Below, piece after piece: positions 55,500 through 64,000 of a DNA stretch of 64,000 bases (within the stretch, counting starts at the first letter, position 1; every line of letters starts with the position of its first letter). The DNA lies in NCBI GenBank assembly GCA_050613775.1, contig JBODTK010000116.1, positions 1 to 64,000 of the forward strand, written 5' to 3'. A program made the translations under genes and the position numbers. The notes under the pieces are model-generated. The model did not search any database and was not told where the DNA came from. It saw only the letters and a list, made by a program, of their open reading frames with translations. The stretch comes from Neocallimastix sp. 'constans'. Lineage: Eukaryota.

Positions 55500-56360
55500 C
55501 AATATCAAATTATATTTTCAATTATGATTCTCTATAGTAGTATAAAGATATATATTTTGTTCTTATATATGTTTAAGCTTGTTTTCTCTATTAAATTAGT
55601 ATTTTTAAATTTTAAAGTTTTATTTTACTTTAAGATAATTTTCTTCTATCAAATATTCTATGTTTTTACGCATTTCTTCAACTTTACAATTTTGATCATT
55701 ACAATCAGCTTCCATAAATCGACATAATGAGAATTTTTATCATAATTTAAAATAAAATTTATTTTTCTTTTACATAATATTATGTCCGGCAAACAATTCT
55801 GTTGTAAAGAATCTTTTTAAAAGTCAGGTGAGACACTTAATCTGTTATGTGTGTTGTTTATTTATTTAATATAATAATACATAAGTATTACGTTTAACAA
55901 GGAGAAAAGTGAATAGTACATTCATTACGATATTTTGTATAGAGGATATATCACTTGAATTTATTACATATATACAAGTTCCACAAAATATTTAAAAAGA
56001 TTGTTAATATAAATTCATACAATAAAAATAAACATATTAACTAATTTTCATAAAACATAAATATATATACAATTTATTAAATAAATACATAAAATAATAT
56101 AAATAAATATATAGTATAATTATTAAGTTGATATTCACTCAAATGATATTTTTATATAATAATATTATTTATAAATTTCTGTATTTTTGTACCACTTGAA
56201 CCTTTTATTAATATCAGCTAGAATGTTTTCCTTGTTTAAATATTTTAAACTTATTCTTTTCTTCAACATGTTATCTATATTAAAATGGTATTAAACATTT
56301 ATAGGTTTTAATTTTGGAGTTTCTTTCCTCATACTATGGTAATTGATATCCACAGGATCA
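55500..56360 (-). mobile_element. Copia remnant: RNase H end, probable LTR (~55843-56132), PBS (55829-55842), gag-like start
   Basis: Minus strand KLKPINV*YHF...ISLKYLNKENILADI (copia RNase H end). PBS TGAGACACTTAATC|TGTT matches the one at 38915. The right LTR boundary is uncertain. Confidence 0.55.
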
Positions 56361-56479
56361 TCATTATCATCTTTTTCTTTAGAGTCAGAGTCATAACAAT
56401 TTTCAGCATTTGATCTTACTAAGATAATTCTTTCAATAATTAATCTAAATTACTGTTCGATCCAGATTAGTTTGGACTA

Positions 56480-57700
56480 TTTAACAATTATATTTTAATC
56501 AGCCTACTTAAATGCCTCTTTAAACAAAGAAATTTACACCCTTATTCTATTATGTGATAAAACACTTCAGCAAAGGCTATTGGGTACTGAATAAGTCATT
56601 GTACTGCTTTAAATAGTCTTGTCACCAGTGGAATAAAGACATTACAGAATTTTTAACTAAAGAAAATTTCAATAATCCACAAATGATCAATGTGTTTTCT
56701 TCAAAAAGCATAAGGATAAACTAATTTATGTCAGGGGACTTTATGTTAATAGATATGTTAATTATAGGGGAAAATTTCGAAATTAAAAACATTGTTTCAA
56801 GAATTAAAGAAAACTATAAAATATCAAAAAGTGGATTTACTGACTTTATATTAGGAATCAAAATTGAAAGAGAAGATAATAAAATTTACATTTCACAAGA
56901 AATCTTAATTGATATTCTGTTAAATAAGCATAATATAAATAATAAAATAAAATTAAAAACCCCATGTGTAGGATATAGTAATAATGAAAATAATGAGACT
57001 GTTGACAAAATTAGATTCAAAGGTACTATCAGATCTTTAATTTACTTTGCAAGATGTATTTGTCCAATCATTACGATTGCTGTTAATTTCGAAACCAATA
57101 AATCAGAAAATCAAACGCTAGCAGAGTTTAAAAAAAAAAAAAAAAAAGCAATTCAAATATTAAAATATTTAAAATGGAACAAAACATCACAAATTAAAAT
57201 ATGACAGTAAAGGTAATATAAATGCACATACAAATTCAGATTTTTGCTGGTACTCTAAACGATAAAAAATCTAACTTCAAGACCCATTATATTAAAGGGT
57301 ACAAATCCTATTTTATAGTATTTCAAAAAAAAAAAAAAAAACAATAGTTGAGACATATTCACATCTAATGAAATAAGCAAAAGTTGAATTGAAACAGGCC
57401 ATTTAATTCCAAATCTTAGACATATTAGCATTATTGCCATTTCAGCAATGAAAATATATTAAATAAAAATAATCAATTAAAATATATTAATAGGAATGAT
57501 ATGATAGCCGATCCATTAACCAAAAACTTAAATATAACAAAATAACAAAATCTACAAATATAAAAACTTAATGCTAGGAAGTGTTAACTTCATAAATTTA
57601 AATTTATATTGAATTATATTAAATATATTGTAAATACAAATTAAATATACTTTTATCTAGAGTAAGTCACAATTAAATATAAAACATGTAATTTTATCTA
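56480..57700 (+). mobile_element. Copia RT/RNase H remnant with polypurine tract and start of 3' LTR
   Basis: AYLNASLNKEIY, DMLI, FILGIKIER, GTIRSLIYFARCICPIITIAVN, ILKYLKW and ADPLTKNL, followed by AGGAAG|TGTTAAC near 57577. Confidence 0.75.
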
Positions 57701-60700
57701 TACTTTATTTATTTGTTAGTATGAATAATAAATTTATATTAATAAGCAATCTTTTATTATTACTACTTATTTATTATTATTATTATTATTATTTATTATG
57801 TATTTATTTATTATTTACTATTATTTTTTTTAATATTATTATTTTTATTATTTATTTTTTATTTTTTATTTATTTTTATTATAAATAAAAAATATAAATA
57901 TAATTTTAATCTAAGCCATATTACATAAATGGTTTATTTAAGTATACTATTTTAATAAAGCCATATTCTGAAATGTAATTTTCCAAAATGTAACACTCCC
58001 AATATAATATAGTTATAAAAAGTTTTTTTAATTTTTTTTTTTTTTTTTTTTTTAAAAAAAATAAATATTAATAATAGGTTAGACTTTAGAACCTGTTATA
58101 AATAAATAATGAAAAAAATATGAAGCATATTTATAATATTTATAATATATTATATAAAAAGAATATATTAATTCATAAATATCTTTATATGAATATTCAA
58201 TTATTATTATTACTATTATTATCAATTATTGTCCATCTTTTTAATTATATATTTTAAATAAACTAAATTTTTTAAAAAAAAAAATTGAACGAAATTTTAT
58301 ATTTATATCATAATATTTGCTACATTCTATTTATAGTTAACAGTTAGAAAACTAGTATTTTTAAGTTTGCTATTTAATATTTTAATTAATCTTTTTATTT
58401 TATTAAAACTTTTTTTACAATTTTATATTTTAAATAATATATTACAAATATGATATATTATAATAATAATTTATATATAGATAATGATAAAAATTAAAAC
58501 TTTTTAAAATTATTAAATTTTCTATAGCCTCTTTTATAATTAATATGAACAATGTATTTGAAATATATATGATCCATTAAATGTATTTTATATATACAAA
58601 CATCATTAAATTATGTATTATAGCAAATAAAGATAATAAATAAATAAAACATCAAGATTTATAGTATTAACGAACGAATAGTAGAAAATTTCTTTAAGAA
58701 TTTGAAAAAAAAAAAAAGATCAAAATTAAGGGAAAATATTAATGGTAATAATAAAAGATTAATAAAAAAATTAATAACAATTTTAATAAATTTATTTTTA
58801 TTTTTTATATTATTGATTAGTTTTTATTAAGTGATCACTTTATTTTATTGTTATTTTAATAACTATATTTTTTAATTATTTTTTGATTATAGGATTAATT
58901 ATCATAATCCGATCTTTAGAAGAACATCACCAAGTTCAGAAGTGCTGCAGCTCCCTTGTTGCAGAGCTTGTCGATGGTGATGGCGATGATCTTTATTTAA
59001 TGTATATACATTAATAAAATTTTAACATGACATAATTAATACGCCACATGTTATTTTATATTATACAAAATAATAAATAATATATTTAATTTAATAAATA
59101 AATCTTAATTATACAAGACTTACTTAAAATATTAAACTTTATTTTTAACGTTTATTTTTATTTTTTTTTTTTTAAAAAAAAAAAAAAAATAAATATATAT
59201 TAAGTTCTAAAGAAAATCAATTATATATATAATATATTTTCTAATTTTATTAACTAGTTATTATTAAAATTTTAAATTATAAATAACTTTAATTTTTAAA
59301 TTTTATAATTATTATTTCTTCTTATTATTATCTTTTTTAATTTTTAATTGAATACAATAAATAAGAAAAATATTTATAATTTAACAAAACAATTATAATA
59401 AAAAAAAATAATTAAAATTTTAACAGTTGTTTTGAAATATCAATTTTTTTTTTTTTTTTTTTTAATTTCTGTGATTTAAATATATATCAAATGGTTTATA
59501 ATTTTCATTAATTTTAAATTGTAAATAATTATTTTTATTTAATAGATATTTCATGATATATAGTACGAAATTTTATTATCAACATATTATATATAATAAT
59601 AATTATAATAAATATATTAACCCTATTAAGATAATTATTATGAAATCTGCACCATCTATACATGCATTTATATATATATATAGATGAGATTAAATTTAAA
59701 ATTACTTTTTTATTCACTTATGCTTTATCTCCTTTTATATTAGGTTAATCTTTAAAATATAATGTTAGAAAAATTATTAATATTATAAATTGTTAAACTA
59801 TATAATATAACGGAAAGTTCTATATCAATATAATTATTTCTTTTTAAGAATTTATGTTAGTCATAGTATTTTCCTGAATAATAGGTTCCAGTACATTTGT
59901 ATAAATTTATATTAATACATTTTCCAATGTTGCAAGAAAGGCTTACAATTAGTATTCAAGTAACTTATATATTAAATAAATATATAATTACTAAAAATAT
60001 TGAAAACTAAATATTTTATGATTATTAATAATTTATATTGAATTTCGTTTAAATGATATTAGTACCCAAAAAAATATATATATATATATGTATATATATA
60101 TGATATAGAAAATAAATAAAATTAATATAAAAATTAATTTATTATAAACACATAAATATATTAAAAAAAATTATGTTAATTGCAAATTGATAAACTATTG
60201 TAATTGTGGCTAGTGAAAATACAGGAAATTAATGATATAATAAAAATATGAAATGTGTATTATTAATAATTTTTTATATTAAATCACTTTTATTTTATTA
60301 TAATATTTTATAACATTTTATTATAATTTTAATATTAATTAGGATAAATGTAAACTATTTTATGTAAATGCTAAGTTAATATTAATAATAATTAATTATT
60401 ATTAATAAATAAATAAAATAAATATTAAATATATAATTGCTTATTCCAAAACTATATACATATATCATATAATATCATATATGTAGTTTTTTTTTTTTTT
60501 TTTTTAATTTTTTATTTTAATATAAAATTTTCCATTAATTATAAATTATTATAAATTATTTTTATTTATTTATCATCATATATATTAAAATATATGAAAT
60601 AAATATATTAATATATTGTTCTTTAATTTATTTAATTGAATTATATTTTTATATAGTTTAACATTTCATTCAATAATTTTTGTAAGATATTTAATTAGAT

Positions 60701-61994
60701 ATATTATTACATAATATAAATGTTTGTCTACATAAAAAATTTTTTGTTTAAATAATTTATTTAAAATACATTTTTCTTCACTTAATTATTTAATATTAAA
60801 TTTTTATATTTATTATTATATTTACTTCTATCTCATAAAATATTAAAATATTATAAAAATAAGTTATTATTAATTGATTATATTTTAATTAGAATATTAA
60901 ACTTAATTTCTAACGTTATCTATGAAAAAATCCAAAATAGAATAATTAAAACTAAAAAAGGAATATATATAAAAAAAAATGGAAGTTACATAAATAATAA
61001 TTAATTAATTCATTCTACCAATGAATTGCTTTATATTTTGTCCTAAAATTTTGTTTTTGAATAATGGAAATAGTGATGTGATATCTTTAAAAAAAAACAT
61101 GAACACAAAAATTTAGTATTTTACTAAATAAAGAATATTATATTTATATCACAAAAGTGAAACATTTCAGTAACTTTATAAAAAAAATTATTAAAATTAT
61201 TACATAATAATACGGTGATAAAAATTATCATCTTTAAAGATATATTTTTTTTTTGAGATTAAGAAGACTTCAGATAATAATAATATAAATAATACTATAT
61301 CTGTTAAATAAAATAATAAAAGAATAAAAAAAAATAAAGTAATAAAATAAGCTACTAATAAGAAATAACTAATATACAAACAAATAACAATAATATAATA
61401 ATATATAATTAAAAAAACTTCAATAAAAAATAATACAAAAATATTATAAACATTATTTTATTCAATGAATTTTTATTAATTGTTTTCCAAAAAAGATTTT
61501 TTAATTAATTTTTATTTTTTTTAATTTTTTTTTTTTTCTATTGGCATTAATTTTTAAAAATTATAAAAACTTTAACATTTTACTAATCAAAAAGATTTTA
61601 AGAATATAATATCATTATAAAATATAATAAATGAAACAGATAATATAAAGATGAACATAACAAATATTTATTATTAATTATGACAAATAAATTAATATTA
61701 AATATATTAAAATGCTACTTTATTTATTTTATTTTTTAAAAAAATTAATTTTTTTTACTACATATATTTACAATATATTAATTATTTTGTTTTAATATTT
61801 TTTTTTTTTTTTTTGGTATATAAATTAATTTTTTTTTCTTTTTCGATTTTTTTAAAAAAAAAAAAATAAAATAAAATAAAATTAAAATAAATAGAAATAG
61901 ATAAAGTATAGAAAATAAATAGAAAACAAAGGAGAATAAAAGTATATAAAAAAGAAAAGGAAAAAAATTAAAAGAAAAAAAAATTAAAAAAAAA

Positions 61995-63722
61995 ATGAAA
62001 AAAAATATTTTATTAAATTTATTATCTATTGCTTTAGTATCAGCCAAGGCTGTAACAGATGATGTTAAACCTGAACTACCAGTATTTAGTTTAAAAAGTG
62101 GATTTTATAAAGAAGAATCAGTTAAACTTAGAATAAAAACAGTAGATTCGAATGCCATTATTTACTACACTACCGATGGAAGTATTCCAAATGAAAATTC
62201 TACGATCTACAAAAAACCAATTACTCTTAAAAATAAAAGTTTAGAAGAAAATGTTCTTTCTGCCTATAAACATGTCGATCCATATGAAGATTTTGTTCCA
62301 CATGAAAAAATAAAGAAAGCTAATGTTATTCGTGCCATTGCTAAATATCCAAATAAGAATAATACTGTTTCTGAAGTAGTTAGCAAAACCTACTGGGTTG
62401 GTATGAATAGAAAGAAGCTCTATGGAGATTTACCATTGATTTCTATTATGACAGATCCTGATAATCTTTTTGATTATGAAAAGGGTATCTATGTTATGGG
62501 CAAAGACTATGATGACTGGGTTCGTGAAAATCCTAGTAATGCTGATGTTGATTTCTTCAGAAAAGTTGGTAATTATAATAGAAAAGGAAAGAGTTCTGAG
62601 ATACCAGCTTTCATAGAATATTTCCCTGGAGATAAAAAACGTGAAGGCTTCACTGATAATGTAGGTATTAGAATCATGGGTGCTGTTTCTAGAACCTTTA
62701 TTCAAAAGAGTTTTCGTGTTACCTATCGTGATGAATATGGTAGAAAGAATCTTAAGTATGATTTAATACCAGGAAATATGCGTTCTGATGGAAAAGGACC
62801 TCTTGAAAAGTACAAGACCTTTAACATTAGAGGTGGTGGTAATGATTTTAGATTTACTATCTATAGAGATTTAATTATGCAGTCCATGATTCGTGATAGA
62901 GATATTGAGTCTCAAGATATGGATTTAACTATTTTCTATCTTGATGGAGAATTCTGGGGTCTCTATATTATCACTGAAGATTACAGTGATCACTACATTG
63001 AAAACAATTATGATATTGAAAAGGATAATGTTATTATCATCAAAAAGGAAAAAGTCGAAGCTGGAGTCGATAGTGATATGGATCTTTTCAAAAAAACTAT
63101 GAATTATATTTACTCTGCTAATATGACCAATCCTGAAGACTATGCTGAAGTTAGTAAACAGTTTGATATAAACAGTTTTGCTTGGTATAGTGCTTTCCAT
63201 TTATATATTGAAAATACAGATGGTATTTTCCATGGTAATAATTGGGCAATGTGGCGTGCTAGAGAACCAGTTCCAGATGTTTTACATGGTGATGGTATTT
63301 GGCGTTTATTATTGTTTGATACTGAATCCTCTGCTGGTTATTATGGATCTGAAGAATATAATAAAACTAATGTTTTAAATAATGTTTTTGATAGTAATTC
63401 TTCTCTTAAATATAATATTGGCACAAAGTTATTAACTACCTTTATGAAGAACCCAGAATTTAAAAATTTATTTATTAATGCTATATGTGATATGAGAAAT
63501 ATTAATTTTGCCTTAGATAAAGTCATTTCTCTTCTTGAAAAAGTCGATGGAAGAGTAAGACGTGTAATGACCGATCATTTCAAACGTTTCGGTTACGAAG
63601 AATATATTGAAGAAGGCCCAGGTAATCATTATGTCAATAGTTATAATAACTTAAAGAATTGGTTTAAGGGTAGACATGGTATCTTTATGGATCATCTTGC
63701 TAAAGTATTCAATTTGATATAA
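61995..63722 (+). CDS. Secreted CotH kinase-family protein with N-terminal Fn3-associated/CHB_HEX_C-like domain
   Basis: 575-aa intronless ORF with signal peptide, PVFSLKSGFY...IIYYTTDGSIP (Fn3-associated), and GIRIMGAVSR..QKSF, YLDGEFWGLYIITE, NNWAMWR, WRLLLFDTE (CotH). Confidence 0.87.
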   Translation: MKKNILLNLLSIALVSAKAVTDDVKPELPVFSLKSGFYKEESVKLRIKTVDSNAIIYYTTDGSIPNENSTIYKKPITLKNKSLEENVLSAYKHVDPYEDFVPHEKIKKANVIRAIAKYPNKNNTVSEVVSKTYWVGMNRKKLYGDLPLISIMTDPDNLFDYEKGIYVMGKDYDDWVRENPSNADVDFFRKVGNYNRKGKSSEIPAFIEYFPGDKKREGFTDNVGIRIMGAVSRTFIQKSFRVTYRDEYGRKNLKYDLIPGNMRSDGKGPLEKYKTFNIRGGGNDFRFTIYRDLIMQSMIRDRDIESQDMDLTIFYLDGEFWGLYIITEDYSDHYIENNYDIEKDNVIIIKKEKVEAGVDSDMDLFKKTMNYIYSANMTNPEDYAEVSKQFDINSFAWYSAFHLYIENTDGIFHGNNWAMWRAREPVPDVLHGDGIWRLLLFDTESSAGYYGSEEYNKTNVLNNVFDSNSSLKYNIGTKLLTTFMKNPEFKNLFINAICDMRNINFALDKVISLLEKVDGRVRRVMTDHFKRFGYEEYIEEGPGNHYVNSYNNLKNWFKGRHGIFMDHLAKVFNLI

Positions 63723-64000
63723 AACAAATATGTGTAGTAACATATTTGTATATTTAATAATAATTATTAAATATTAAATTTATATCTTTTTGATAATAAT
63801 TATTTTATTTTATTTTATTTCAATATGTATTATTATAATTATAATAATTATAATACTTTAATTCATATAAAATTTATATATTTCTATATATTAGAATATA
63901 TAATTAATATATTACCTATTTCTTATAAATAGATTAGATTATTTATATTAGAAATGGGGAACTCTCTTGTAAATTTTTAGGAATTAGAATTATTATTTTT

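Overview
Extremely AT-rich eukaryotic DNA with long homopolymer and microsatellite tracts. The gene content (CBM1-GH6 cellulase, CotH-family protein) and composition point to an anaerobic gut fungus (Neocallimastigomycota); this is inferred, not proven. Six intact genes are supported: a secreted repeat-rich M35-type metalloprotease, a PASK/PIM-like kinase, a spliced CBM1 plus triple-GH6 cellulase, a RING-H2 E3 ligase, a multi-exon WW-WW-MyTH4-RhoGAP (ARHGAP39-like), and a secreted CotH-family protein. Between them lie decayed LINEs, a Mutator-like transposase, several Ty1/copia remnants and three copies of a ~400-bp dispersed repeat. Highlights: (1) a U12-type AT-AC (minor spliceosome) intron in the RhoGAP gene; (2) a tRNA-Val-headed SINE family whose 3' end resembles a local LINE tail; (3) copia primer-binding sites matching the anticodon half of tRNA-Lys(CUU); (4) three near-identical GH6 catalytic domains in one polypeptide. 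All alignments and splice models were made by eye.
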